NCBI GenBank assembly: GCA_964035545.1
Contig: OZ037772.1
Coordinates: forward strand, 13,204,818-13,268,817
DNA from: Bugula neritina
Lineage: Eukaryota > Animalia > Bryozoa
Direction of reading: 5' to 3'
Length of the DNA stretch: 64,000 nucleotides
Part shown: positions 41,401 to 54,700 of the stretch, piece after piece
How positions within the stretch are numbered: position 1 is the first letter of the stretch
Layout: every line of letters starts with the position of its first letter
Translations under genes and position numbers: made by a program
The notes under the pieces: generated by a model
The model's input: the letters and a program-made list of their open reading frames with translations, nothing else
Told to the model about the DNA's origin: nothing
The model's database searches: none

Positions 41401-44400
41401 AGGTGGTGGGGTGAGGCGGTGGGGTGAGGTGGTGGGGCGTACTCATATGAAGCATTGTGTAATCAGATGAGGGGTGGAGGGACAGGTGAATCTGAGGCTA
41501 CAAGTTACCCAACACTAAACACACATTGAGTTGACTATAAAACATTCTTCTAAATGATATTCTGAGCTGATATATGATCATTATTTGTATTCTAACAAAA
41601 CAGCTTGAGTCAACTTCATTACCAGAACAAGCAAAACTAACTGCCAAACACAAACACTGGCCGCCAACCACTGCCACTCGAGGAATAACAAGTTACAGAT
41701 TGCTGAGTATATACTGTATGTTAGAGTAGAGATTGCTGTGTATATACTGTATGTTAGAGTAGAGATTGCTGAGTATATACTGTATGTTAGAGTAGAGATT
41801 GCTGAGTATATACTGTATGTTAGAGTAGAGATTGCTGAGTATATACTGTGTGTTAGAGTAGAGATTGCTGTATATACTGTATGTTAGAGTAGAGATTGCT
41901 GTGTATATACTGTATGTTAGAGTAGAGATTGCTGAGTATATACTGTATGTTAGAGTAGAGATTGCTGAGTATATACTGTATGTTAGAGTAGAGATTGCTG
42001 AGTATATATACTGTATGTTAGGGTAGAGATTGCTGTATATATACTGTATGTTAGAGTAGAGATTGCTGAGTATATACTGTATGTTAGAGTAGAGATTGCT
42101 GAGTATATACTGTATGTTAGGGTAGAGATTGCTGAGTATATACTGTATGTTAGAGTAGAGGATGTTATGTTAGGGTAGAGCAGAGTTCATAGACTAGCTG
42201 ATGCTCATAATTCACAATGTAAAGAATAATAAAGTAGGTCTCCCGAGAGACAGAGTAGAGTTGGTGGATGAAAAGAGTTGAATAATTTAACAGACTATTT
42301 CATTATCTGCTGAGTTAGCGAGTTGCAGTGCCTTGGGAGCTGCACATAAACTCAAGTATTAAAAATCAATGTTGAGAGAGAAGAGGCGTTTCAGTGAGTC
42401 GGCAGCGAGTTGACCTCATTTAGAGCTGCCGGGGAGAGAGAGAGAGGGGCCGCTGATCAGATCAATAGTATGCAATGCAGTGGCAGAGGGTCTAGCAATG
42501 ACTTGAGTACAGTCTACTATATACAATAGTCTACTATATACAATAGTCTACTATATACACAATAGTCTACTATATACACAATAGTCTACTATATATACAG
42601 CAGCTCCATGTTTCACCATAAAATAACTAATATTCAGATATTCATCTCAAGTAAACACAACCTATACTGTAGAGATACACTAGAGGTATACATGAGGAGA
42701 GTATATACTGTAGAGATACACTAGAGGTATAAGGAGAGATATACGTAGAGATATACATAAGAACAAGGATTACACAGTATTTAGAGTTGGGAAAAGTGGC
42801 TGCATGTATTGTAACATCAGTAACATGATAATACATTGTCATGTAGAGACAGAGTGGGTCAAGGGTCCTTATTCCAGATAATAATTCCTTGAGGAAATAT
42901 TGACAATAGAAATACACTTATAAACCACATATATACCTATATAACTATATATATAACTATACACACAACTATACACATAACTATACATATAATTATACAC
43001 ATAACTATACACATAACTATACACATAACTATACACATAACTATACACATATAACAGATTTCTAGAAAAAGTGAAGTCAGATATAAAATAAGATATAAAA
43101 TTAGGTTATAAAGTATTATTATTAACACTTATGCCATTATTATTACATATTGCCTTGAGAAAAAATGTGGTGGTGAATATTTCAAATGCACCAAATTATG
43201 ATAAAACTGGTAAAAACTAAACCTGGAAAAGTGGGAGAGAGACTTACTGGACAGGAGGGCTGCCTGCAGACCCAGTGGAGGACTGGGGGAAGTATTTCGC
43301 CATCTGGAGAGTTAGACGTGTAGAGGAGACGTGTAGAGGAGACGTGTAGAGGGGACAGTGATCAGTCAGGGAGAGATGCGGAGAGTTGACCGCAGACAGC
43401 AGAGTTACAGTAGGTTATGCAGGTTATGCGGAGTGAGCGAGGTTGAGGGAGTGACTGGGTGAGTACTGTACACTACCAACAGTGTGTCTGACGCTGTGAA
43501 CTAACGTGCAGTGAGAGAGGGAGAGAGAGACTCTGTATTATATAACAGACAGAGTTATGGTAATGAGGAGATATCCTGGGGAGAAGGTAGAAGTTCTCAC
43601 CAAACTCGAATAGTAATGAAGGAAGAGAGAAGTTGATGAGTAATAATAATGGTATAAGTGTTAGTCAGAAGCAGGCATGTTGTACAGGATGTACTGTAGG
43701 CATTGATTAAGGACTCCTTAATGCATGAATGCTTATGAAAAAAACAAATAGACACATTAGAGATATTCAAACAAAAGATGTCAAGTGGAAATAGCCTGGT
43801 TCTCAGTGGAACATGTCTACAGTAGGGGTCGGCATTGGCCCCGCGAGGAGAAGCTACTCAATACTCAGGCTAGCAATTTAGAATTGTCTGTTCAGTGAAG
43901 CAGAAGTGAGCTCTGGTAGCAGATCCTGTACACTTAGTACAGACACGCTGCAGCAGGTACTCCTATACACTTAGTACAGACACGCTGCAGCCGGCACGTC
44001 TATGCACTTACAATGAGGAGACGACTCCGATGCTCAGAATGTATTGCTAGGCAACCACACCAAACAGGAAATGACACACTTGATCAAAATTCTTGACTCA
44101 GTTAATTGCTTTATGGAGGTTACCATGGGCATATCCTTGTATTGTTAGAATATGATGAAATAGCTGATATTACTCTTCTACTAGTGGTGTAGTGAGATAC
44201 TAGTGGTGTAGTGAGGGGGGTACTAGTGGTGTAGTGAGGGGGGATACGAGTGGTGTAATGAGGGGGATACTAGTGGTGTAGTGAGGGGGAGATACTAGTG
44301 GTGTAATGAGGGGGGATACTAGTGGTGTAGTGAGGGGGAGATACTAGTGGTGTAATGAGGGGAGGTACTAGTGGTGTAGTGAGATACTAGTGGTGTAGTG

Positions 44401-47230
44401 AGGGGGAATACTAGTGGTGTAGTGAGGGGGATACTAGTGGTGTAATGAGGGGGATACTAGTGGTGTAGTGAGGTACTAGTGGTGTAGTGAGGGGGAATAC
44501 TAGTGGTGTAATGAGGGGGATACTAGTGGTGTAGTGAGGTACTAGTGGTGTAGTGGGATACTAATATAAATGTTATTATAATATGTATATCAATTTATTA
44601 TTCAGAGTGTAAATGCATGTTTCTCCCAGGTTGTTGATAAACAAATAAACTATGAAAGAATATCATATTAAATGAACATAGAAGAGTTAATTAGCCAGCA
44701 GAGTAGTGGAGGTTTAGGACTGAGCAGTGATGAATGTAGATATGCAGACTCAGCAGAGTAGAGAATAATAACTCTCAGTAATAACTAATAAGCAGTGAGA
44801 CAAAGCAGCTGACTCACTCCACTTTCCTGTCCACTTCCCCCAACCACCAGGAATGTGCCTATCACAGCCCAACATCTCAGCTAAACTGCTGATACAGAAA
44901 GGGACGGCACCACCACCCCCTTCCTGTGAGACCAACTCATGATGTAGGTGTGGTGTTTACAAGGATGTAGAGAGGAGATAAAATTATTAATATAAACAAA
45001 TGACTTCTGACAGCATCCTGGGTTGTGGCAGCAGCACCACAGCCTGCCGACAGCACCACAACCTGCCGACAGCACCACAGCCTCCCGACAGCACCACAAC
45101 CTGCCGACAGCACCACAACCTGCCGACAGCACCACAACCTGCCGACAGCACCACAACCTGCCGACAGCACCACAACCTGCCGACAGCACCACAACCTGCC
45201 GACAGCACCACAACCTGCCGACAGCACCACAACCTGCCGACAGCACCACAACCTGCCGACAGCACCAGCACCACAACCTGCCGACAGCACCAGCACCACA
45301 ACCTGCCGACAGCACCACAACCTGCTGACAGCACCACAACCTGCCGACAGCACCACAACCTGCCGACAGCACCACAACCTGCCGACAGCACCACAGACTG
45401 CACCACAACCTGCCGACAGCACCACAGCCTGCCGACAGCACTACAACCTGCCGACAGCATGTATACACATCAAGTATTAAGATGAACACATCACACTGTA
45501 ACAATACTGGACACCAGATTAATGTATCTTAGATCAACCATCACAGCCAACTTATCTTCATCATACACTAAGTACAAATATTTGTTAGTATAAAATCATC
45601 GCTTAGCAACTGTAAACTAAAACATACCACAGGCTTGTAAATATTCACTGCAGAGTTTGTGTTATCAGGAAATTCACATGAAGTTTAAATTAATTAGATG
45701 ACTGGCACACAATACAAGACAAAGTAAACAAGAGGCATTGACTATATAATAAGTTGGTCACTGTGAATAGAGTATCAAATTCAAAGGTCATGTAGAGGTC
45801 ATGGAGAATACATCACTTAACTAATTACATAAAGTATACAGAGTGGATAATTAAACGTCAATAGCTGTGTAAATAGCACGGCTTAACCTTTCTCTTAATA
45901 AAATAGCTATGAAGAGAGCAGTTATGTAAAATATGGTGAGCAATCAAGTGAAAGGTAATCAATTTCATAATCCATTGACTTCTGTTTATCTGCAGTATGG
46001 GAGATATAGCAAGGTGCACTGACATCTAAACTCTATTATTCCCAAGCATACAAACACTGCACTGTAGAGAAAGGGCCATTGAGAGAGTGGAGAGAGAGAC
46101 AATAGAGTCTAGCTGGGGTGATTTGATAACAATACATGAGTTACAGCAGATTCTATTGTATGAACAGGCAGTGTATTGAGGAGGTGTATTGTGTAGGTGT
46201 ATTGGGTAGATGTATTGTGTAGGTGTATTGTGTAGATGCATTGTGTAAGTGTATTGTGTAGATGCATTGTGTAAGTGTATTGTGTAAATGTATTGTGTAG
46301 ATGTATTGCATAGTTATATTGTCCAGGGTATAACAGTCTATTGATTATCTCCCTTGTATATCGATATGATTATTTTCCCACATATGCTGTATATTATACT
46401 ATATATGCTGTATATTATACAATATATACTGTATATTATACTATAGATGCTGTGTATTATATATGCTGTATATTATATATGCAGTATATTATAGATGCTG
46501 TATATCATATATTCTGTATATTATATATGCTGTATATCATATATTCTGTATATTATATATGCTGTATATCATATATTCTGTATATTATATATGCTGTATA
46601 TCATATATTCTGTATATTATATATGCTGTATATCATATATTCTGTATATTATATATGAAGAAACTGACCAAGATATAAGACATGCTGGTAGATGTGTCAC
46701 TGTCAGGATACAATAACCTTACAATACAGGTACCATCATAACTTAAAAGAATTCCTATTATGCGAGACATATCCTAAGTGTTTCAGCATAACATAAGGAT
46801 AATAAGGACCTAGAGAGTGTAATCCTTTCTAGGAAAGATTGTCTGATCATGTATGAAATAGAGAATAATTGAACACAGGTCCTAATACTAATATATATGT
46901 GTGTGTGCTATATTATATGTTAGCTCAACATACTGTAACTAGTAATTACAATATAATAATAATAATACACACATATCACTACAATGATATAATATAATAT
47001 ATTAACATATTCCTACAATATATTATAATAATACTATATTACGACAATATATCATAATATCACATATTACTACAATATATTATAATATCACATATTACTA
47101 CAATATATTATAATAACACTATATTACTATATTATTATAACACTATATTACGATATTATTATATTACTAGAGCATATAATCACCTCTGAGTCTTGGTAGT
47201 TATGGTGGTTTGCTGACTTGAAGATGACAT
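32417..47230 (-). CDS. Invertebrate cytoplasmic intermediate filament protein with lamin-tail domain (no CaaX); multiple isoforms
   Basis: First exon 47184-47230 or 43248-43303. Then 39662-40020, 39217-39548, 38975-39058, 38702-38875, 37768-38114, one of three linker exons (37341-37582, 36863-37029 or 36422-36531), 35035-35117, 34734-34817, 34330-34410, 33885-33989. Last exon 33448-33492 or 32417-32458. Motifs: EKKSMQDLNSRFANYIEKNRFLEAQ (coil 1a), KLSLELEIAAYRKLLEVEENR (rod end), KTTFQRSAKGPLAISQVDPAGNWIEVEN...GWKIGRKVDG...WGTG (lamin-tail domain). Confidence 0.92.
34020..34340 (-). repeat. 43-bp repeat containing a copy of the exon end plus donor (GTGTGAAG|GTGTGTAG) in the IF gene
   Basis: About 7 copies; those furthest from the exon have GT changed to AT. 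Confidence 0.92.
34450..35030. repeat. 34-bp and ~37-bp repeats in two consecutive IF introns
   Basis: CCACACCCCCTCTCTGACTGTCTCATACAGTAGG at 34450-34730; GTGTATAAGGAGTTGTCATATCTACACACAATACACT at 34830-35030. Confidence 0.9.
38135..38700. repeat. AT-rich degenerate intronic repeat (ATAATATAATAACAT)
   Basis: Fills intron 38115-38701. Confidence 0.9.
39062..39216 (-). repeat. 12-bp donor-initiated repeat GTAGTATACACT
   Basis: The entire intron 39059-39216 consists of the array. Confidence 0.93.
41698..42160. repeat. 33-bp intronic repeat GATTGCTGAGTATATACTGTATGTTAGAGTAGA
   Basis: About 14 copies. Confidence 0.93.
44178..44562. repeat. ~25-29-bp repeat GATACTAGTGGTGTAGTGAGGGGG
   Basis: G-tract length varies between copies. 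Confidence 0.92.
45031..45458. repeat. 19-bp GC-rich repeat CAGCACCACAACCTGCCGA
   Basis: About 22 copies. Confidence 0.95.
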
Positions 47231-47319
47231 CTTTTCCTCAACTCACGAAATTTTTCAACCGCTGGGAGGTGCTGTTTACACAGAAATGAGGCTCCGGGTT
47301 CCCTTCTCTTCCTTGCCGG

Positions 47320-47380
47320 CTTGTGTTTTATTCTCATTCCCAGGCACCGCCCCCTCCAGCTAATCTCAGCCAATCACATC
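47320..47380 (-). promoter_or_regulatory. Putative distal promoter of the IF gene
   Basis: GC box (CCGCCC, ~47347), CCAAT (~47370) and an AT-rich TATA-like element (~47325) lie ~100-150 bp upstream of the ATG at 47230. Confidence 0.35.
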
Positions 47381-47837
47381 CCATGAAGCAGCTCTTTGAA
47401 ACTAAAGTAGCAGCTAATTCATGGCAGTGGCCAGTATATTGTATATATTAACACACTGTGTGTGCTGCCTTTACCTAGCTAACAATGCCATCACTTGTTA
47501 CATATGGGAAAGTCAATTGAATATTGAAATGTATTAAACAAACATCATTGAATACAAAAAGACAACAAAAAGAATTACAAGCTTTATGTATATCCCTGAA
47601 CAAAAGAAAATCAAGATTCCAACATACGTACATACATACTACATACACACTATATAATGTATACATACTACATACATACGTACTACACACACACTACACA
47701 CACACTACATACACACTGCATACATCCTACATACACACACTATATTATATACGTACATATGTACACTCAGTGATTTCTAGATAGAAAATTCGGTACACAA
47801 AGGATGTCTTAGTAAACTAACGCAGGCAGATCATATA

Positions 47838-48258
47838 GACTTGGTATATAGAGACAGAGTAATACTTGGTATATAGAGACAGAGTAAGACTTGGTATATA
47901 GAGACAGAGTAATACTTGGTATATAGAGACAGAATAATACTTGGTATATAGAGACAGAGTAATACTTGGTATATAGAGACAGAGTAATACTTGGTATATA
48001 GAGACAGAGTAATACTTGGTATATAGAGACAGAGTAAGACTTGGTATATAGAGACAGAGTAATACTTGGTATATAGAGACAGAGTAATACTTGGTATATA
48101 GAGACAGAGTAATACTTGGTATATAGAGACAGAGTAAGACTTGGTATATAGAGACAGAGTAATACTTGGTATATAGAGACAGAGTAATACTTGGTATATA
48201 GAGACAGAGTAATACTTGGTATATAGAGACAGAGTAATACTTGGTATATAGAGACAGA
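47838..48258. repeat. 25-bp repeat CTTGGTATATAGAGACAGAGTAATA
   Basis: About 17 copies, intergenic. Confidence 0.95.
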
Positions 48259-49665
48259 GAAGAGAATGATATATGGAGTTGAGAGAATGTGAATATAGAT
48301 AATTAGCTAGATGGGGAAAAGATAAGTGGATGCACTCTGATAACACTAATTATCCTTCTGTAGTGGAAACCCTGCGTCATCTGCTCAGCCAGCATCATAA
48401 GCTGAGCCAGCAGAATGGTATGACATCCCCAGCCACACCCTGCACCAACTACCAGTTTATTACTAAACAGGTCAACCAACCTGAGTGTGACATTCCATTA
48501 GCTTAGGTCATTGGTTGTAGACTGGACAGGTACATGTGTTATATGTAGGTAATGTTATGTCACACGCAGGTGTACTACAGACTGTACTGTGTACTGCGTG
48601 TAGTGTGTACTGTGTGTGGTGTGTGTGGTGTGTACTGTGTGTAGTGTGTGTACTGTGTGTAGTGTGTACTGTGTGTAGTGTGTGTGGTGTGTGTAGTGTG
48701 TACTGTGTGTGGTGTGTGTAGTATGTACTGTGTAGTGTATACTGTGCAGTGTGTACTGTGTGTACTGTGTACTGTGCAGTGTGTACTGTGTGTAGTGTGT
48801 ACTGCGTGTACTGTGTGTAGTATGTAATGTGCAGTGTGTACTGTGTGTAGTGTGTACTGTGTGTAGTATGTAGGTGTAGAGGGGATGCAGCATTGAATGA
48901 GGACATTACCCTGCTAATTAGCAATTGGTAAACATTCTAGATGGTTCCGGAAGTGAATGAGTAATTAGAAAGGAATGCGGAGTAATTAGCATCAGTTATC
49001 AGAGGATCAGGTGCCAGCAGACAGCAAGGCTGAGTGTATAAATAGAGTTATCTTCTCAACATAATATCTCTAGCCGCTCACCTTCATCATAGCTTATAGT
49101 AGTCACTCAAGTAGACTCAACTAGCTAGCAGTGTCAGGGGTAAACAACTCCAAATGTACAACCAGAGTAGCCCAACTTTCAGAACTGGTGTGAGGTGGTT
49201 CTGCAAAGGCTAATATACACAAGAGACTTGATATAAAGACTGATAGATATACTGTGCTTACTAACAACTGTATTCATAGTGATGAACATAACTATAACCT
49301 ATGTGAATGTCACGGTAGGAATTCTCTCTAAACGTATTCATATATACATTAACTCTACTTGATTAATATTATAACCACCTGCTTCCTATTCATATAAATA
49401 TTAGAGGTAAATATTACAGTTATATACACTAGCTTCATATCTTATCATGTGATGAGTGTACTTGTCTAACATGTACAGCACATACAATACACTAGCGCAA
49501 ACATTATATAACATACATCATACGTTATATGTTACACAACATACACTAGATATTACACGAGAATAAACTAGAATAAAACAATGCTGCCCGTTCAACTCAG
49601 TATAGACTGATTGTCTACGCAAGGGTATTCAGCACTTTTAAATAATTATCAACTTGAGTGAAAAA

Positions 49666-51224
49666 ATGAAAACTACTATGTTTGAGTTTGTAGCATTTGG
49701 GGTGAGTGTATACTACCTTCTAGTATATAGCATATGTGTATTACCTTCTAGTATATAGCATATGTGTATTACCTTCTAGTATATAGCATATGTGTATTAC
49801 CTTCTAGTGTATAGCACATGTGTTCCACCTTCTAGCATATAGCACATACAGTGTACTATAAACAACTGGTTGTATTGCAGGTGCTATTGCTCTTCAAAAT
49901 ATCCAAAGCCCAGGGTTTACAGAAAATGACAACAGGTAGCTATTGTATGCCAACGTTATTGTTTACTGTGCAGCCTACATACATTAACCTACACAGTGTA
50001 ACCTACACAGTGTAACCTACACAGTGTAACCTACACAGTGAAACCTACACAGTGAAACCTACACAGTGTAACATACACACTGTAACTTACACAGTGAAAC
50101 CTACACAGTGTAACATACACACTGTAACCTACACACTGTAACCTACCAACACTTGAGTTTGGTATTAGATATTATTATGTATATTTTAGAGACTAGCACT
50201 ACATCTACTTCACTAGACCAGCAGGATAATATATTTGGAGGTAACATATATTACAGTAGTATACTCTAACAGATGCATATATTACAGTAATATACTCTAA
50301 CATATGCATATATTACAGTAATATACTCTAACATATGCATATATTACAGTAATATACCCTTATATTACATGGATTATAATATTTTAGGAAACATCCCTGA
50401 GGCTTTTGTCATTGGTACAGGAGTGCTGGTGATCTTCATCATGATCTCCCTCACAGTCATAGCCGTTTATCTGTTCAAAGAAGGTGCGTCATCAAATGAA
50501 CATAGACCACCTCGGGACAACCATGCAACTCAGTACATGTAAGTATTACTCAGTAGATGTGAGTATAACTCAGTACATGTAAGTATTACTCAGTACATGT
50601 AAGTACCATTTTAGGGAGTTAGAGCCCCTGACAGTTCGAGGTAACACGCCCCGCCAGGCTAGGAATAACGGCTGGATACACTTTCCCGAGGTCTATGCCG
50701 CCAGCACAACTATCTATGACCAGAATAAGCCTCCGCCAGTTCCTACTAAACTAAGTATTATAAAAAATAACAGAAGAGATCATGTCGTAGAGGAAGAAAA
50801 GGTGGAGAGCCCTCCTGTGGAGGTGGAGCAAAGAGAGATAGAGCAACAGAGTCGAGAGGCGGCAGAACCAAAGAGTCAGCAGGGGGCAGTAACTTCTCAA
50901 CTGAACACAGAGAGGGTGACAGAACCTACAGTAACCCCTCAACTGGAGAGGGTGGGGAACACAACACCAGACGTGACAAAGCAGTTGAAAGAAGAGAGAG
51001 AGGAAGTCAGAAGGTCAAAGAGCTTGCACGACAGCAAGCATCATGAACCACCAGCCATCGCTGAGAGACAGGAGAGACAAATCCTGCTGCCTGCCACCAA
51101 AGAAATGGAAATATCCACAACGATGGGCAACAGAGAGGTGAAAATTATCAGAACAGTAAGAAAAGTTAGAAAAGCTAAAAGTGTTGGTCCAGCACCTAGA
51201 GTTGAGTTTAAGCCATCCAATTAG
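49666..51224 (+). CDS. Orphan single-pass membrane protein (~300 aa): signal peptide, short Ser/Thr-rich ectodomain, TM, long charged low-complexity tail
   Basis: Exons: 49666-49701, 49881-49935, 50190-50240, 50388-50538, 50615-51224; total 903 nt, phase-consistent. Translation MKTTMFEFVAFGVLLLFKISKAQ...ETSTTSTS...AFVIGTGVLVIFIMISLTVIAVYLF...YMEL...IYDQNKPPPVPTK. AATAAA at 51306. TATAAA at ~49037 suggests a 5' non-coding exon. Confidence 0.75.
50528..50606 (+). repeat. 20-bp exon-end plus donor repeat ACTCAGTACAT|GTAAGTATT
   Basis: Four copies make up almost all of the 76-nt intron 50539-50614. Confidence 0.9.
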
Positions 51225-51789
51225 AGCTCCGAGTCTAACACTGAGCTGAGGGGAAAACGAGAAACTGGGCTAAATTTTATTTTATTTATTGCTTTAAATT
51301 TGACAAATAAAGTGATACTATTAATTGTGATAGATATTATATTATATGTAGTGTATACATATGACTAAATGAGTGAAGTACAGTCACACTTTTTACAAAA
51401 AATGAGATCCCACATTGCATTGACTACATAGTCTACATTTTCCCAAGATTAAAATGAAATCATTCTTAACCAAACATAAAATAATAATTTATATAGCAGC
51501 CAATGACTGCGCAGTTAATATAATAGCAGCCAATGACTGCGCAGTTAATATAATAGCAGCCAATGACTGCGCGGTTATCATTGTTAACTAAATAAGGGTA
51601 GTAGAAGGAGAGAGCGCTCCTCCATCCTCCATGAACACATATAATGTTGGAATATGGTAAGAGAGAAGAATATTTACAGAGAGATAATAAATATAATACA
51701 GCTAAGACATAATTACTACATTGTCATTATATTGATACAATACTAATAATATAGAGATAGTTTACACAGAGATGGTGAGTGAGTGAGCA

Positions 51790-54700
51790 CTATGGGATGG
51801 ACATCTCTAAGTCATAGCTAGTCTTTAGTATAGACCTGTCCACATGAATATACTTTGTATTCATCACCTCACAGTCTATCTGCATCATAGTCAGCGATCC
51901 CTCCGGCCCTTTCATCGAGTCTGCAAGAGACAGAACATTTGATTGGGCAACTCTTACACTGCCAGCGAGTACTCGAACCCTGAGATGAAGCACTGAGGTC
52001 TAGAGATGAGACACTGAGGTCTAGAGATTATACCCTGAGGTCTAGAGATGACACACTGAGGTCTAGAGATGACACACTGAGGTCTAGAGATGAGACACTG
52101 AGGTCTAGAGATGAGACACTGAGGTCTAGAGAGGTGATGTGTACTCACCATTGAGATTGAGGGCAGGCATGACAATAGACATCTTGGGTCTGGTAGTCTT
52201 GTTGTGAGAGACTGCAGGTAATAGCCAGTGATCCTGCAACACAGAGAGATATAGACTAGGGGAGGGCAGGAAGGAGTTACATCATGGCCAGTAAAGAGAA
52301 ACTATGCAGTGAGACTAAGTGGGACTGACTGACCTTATGGAATGACACAACGTAGAATGTGTCATCCTTACGTTGAAGAGCTTCCAGAATACGTCTGGCC
52401 TGGAAGTAGAGAGAGTCTGTGTTGGTGTAGGACTGGTGGTCGTAGACTTGCATTGGGTACTTCTGTAATGGATATGCCAAGTAGTGAATAAGTATGTCAA
52501 GTAGTGAATAAGTATGTCAAGTAATGAATAAGTATGCCAAGTAGTGAACAAGTATGTCAAGTAATGAATAAGTATGTCAAGTAATGAATAAGTATGTCAA
52601 GTAATGAATAAGTATGTCAAGTAATGAATAAGTATGCCAAGTAGTGAACAAGTATGTCAAGTAATGAATAAGTATGTCAAGTAATGAATAAGTATGTCAA
52701 GTAATGAATAAGTATGTCAAGTAATGAATAAGTATGCCAAGTAATGAATAAGTATGTCAAGTAGTGAATAAGTATGTCAAGCTGCACAATATTTGCACTG
52801 ACTGACCCGAGTGAGACGTTTAGATTTGCTGCTGAACTTCTTTCTCTTAGCTGAGCTCGTCACGTCCTCCCTCACTGAAGGGGGCGTGTTTAGTCGAGAC
52901 GCGAGCTTTGAGCGCTGAGCCCACCCGTGCAACTCTTTGGCCAGTCTCAGGGACTCAGTCTTGTTGAGGTATTCAGAGGGACACAACTTCTGGTCCTCGG
53001 CTGTCAAAACCTGAATATACAGTAGAGGTGTCAGCATGTATAACAGAGGTATCAGCATGTATAGTAGAAGTGTCAGTATGTATAGTAAAAGTATCAGTAT
53101 GTATAGTAGAGGTGTCAGCATGTATAGTAGAAGTGTCAGTATGTATAGTAGAAGTGTCAGTATGTATAGTAGAGGTATCAGTATGTATAGTAGAGGTGTC
53201 AGTATGTATAGTAGAGGTGTCAGTATGTATAGTAGAAGTGTCAGTATGTATAGTAGAGGTGTCAGTATGTATAGTAGAAGTGTCAGTATGTATAGTAGAG
53301 GTGTCAGTATGTACAGTAGAGGTGTCACTCACCATGAGGTTACTGCTATTACTCGCTGACTCATTCAACAAGCTCACGCTGTCTACAGTTAAATTATGAA
53401 GATGGTGTCTCCCGGCACGTAGCAACTGTGACAGGTTAGATAACTTAGGGTTGGCAAGGGAGTCTGAAAATATACAATATTCTGATAATTTACTCTGATA
53501 ATATACTCAGTAATATACTCTGTCATATACTCTGATAATATACTCAGTAATATATTCTGTAATATACTCAGTAATATATTCTGTAATATACTCAGTAATA
53601 TACTCAGTAATATACTCTGTAATATACTCAGTAATATACTCAGTAATATACTCTGATAATATACTCAGTAATATACTCTGTCATATACTCTGACAATATA
53701 CTCAGTAATATATTCTGTAATATATTCTGATAATATACTCAGTAATATACTCTGATAATATACTCTGATAATATACTCAGTAATATACTCTGTAATATAC
53801 TCTGTAATATATTCAGTAATATACTTTGTAATATACTCAGTAATATACTCAGTAATATACTTTGTAATATACTCAGTAATATACTCAGTAATATACTCAG
53901 TAATATACTCAGTAATATATTCAGATAATAACAGAGCAGCTCACCATCAAACTTCTCTACAGTGATAGAAGGAGATTGTCTGGCAGAAGGGAGTTCATAT
54001 GAGAAAGAGGCTCTCTTAGCTGCTGCCATATGTCGCACTGAGTTGGTGTCAGCAGGTAGGGAAGATGTTTCCTCAGCAGCAGATGATAGCTGCCGACTGT
54101 GTTTGTCTCTACGACTGCTGCCTCCTTCCGCTACAGTCAGCAGGTGCCGTCCTGAGTAGTGATTGGCTGATTCTTTTAGTGCATCCGATTGGCTAGACAC
54201 ACGTGGTAAAGCTTCTGTATAGTTGGTGAATGCAGATTGGCTAGAGAACCTGAAACAGGAAAATTTTCACATTTTAAAACACAATTGGATGTACTACTAC
54301 TACTACTAGTACTACTGCTACTAGTACTACTGCTACTAGTACTACTGCTACTAGTACTACTGCTACTAGTACTACTGCTACTAGTACTACTGCTACTAGT
54401 ACTACTGCTACTAGTACTACTGCTACTAATATTACTGCTACTAGTACTACTGCTACTAGTACTACTACTACTACTAGTACTACTGCTACTAGTACTACTG
54501 CTACTAGTACTACTGCTACTAGTATTACTGCTACTAGTATTACTGCTACTAGTACTACTGCTACTAGTACTACTACTAGCACTACCACTGGTATTACTGC
54601 TACTACTAATACTACTACTTCCAATACTACTGTTAATACTAGTACTATAGCTTATATATAACTAGCATAAGTAGTGTTATATTGAGAGTATTGAAGAAAC

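Noticed and set aside
44881-45504. Six-frame-open GC-rich ORFs
   Set aside because: They arise from a 19-bp (non-3n) tandem repeat in the IF gene's first intron, with no supporting exon structure.
32417-47230. Calling the IF gene a nuclear lamin
   Set aside because: Neither last exon has a CaaX box, and no basic NLS appears in any linker exon.
49154-49187. ATG at 49154 as start of the + strand membrane gene
   Set aside because: Its phase leads to a stop at the start of the 50190 exon. The ATG at 49666 gives a signal peptide and an open frame.
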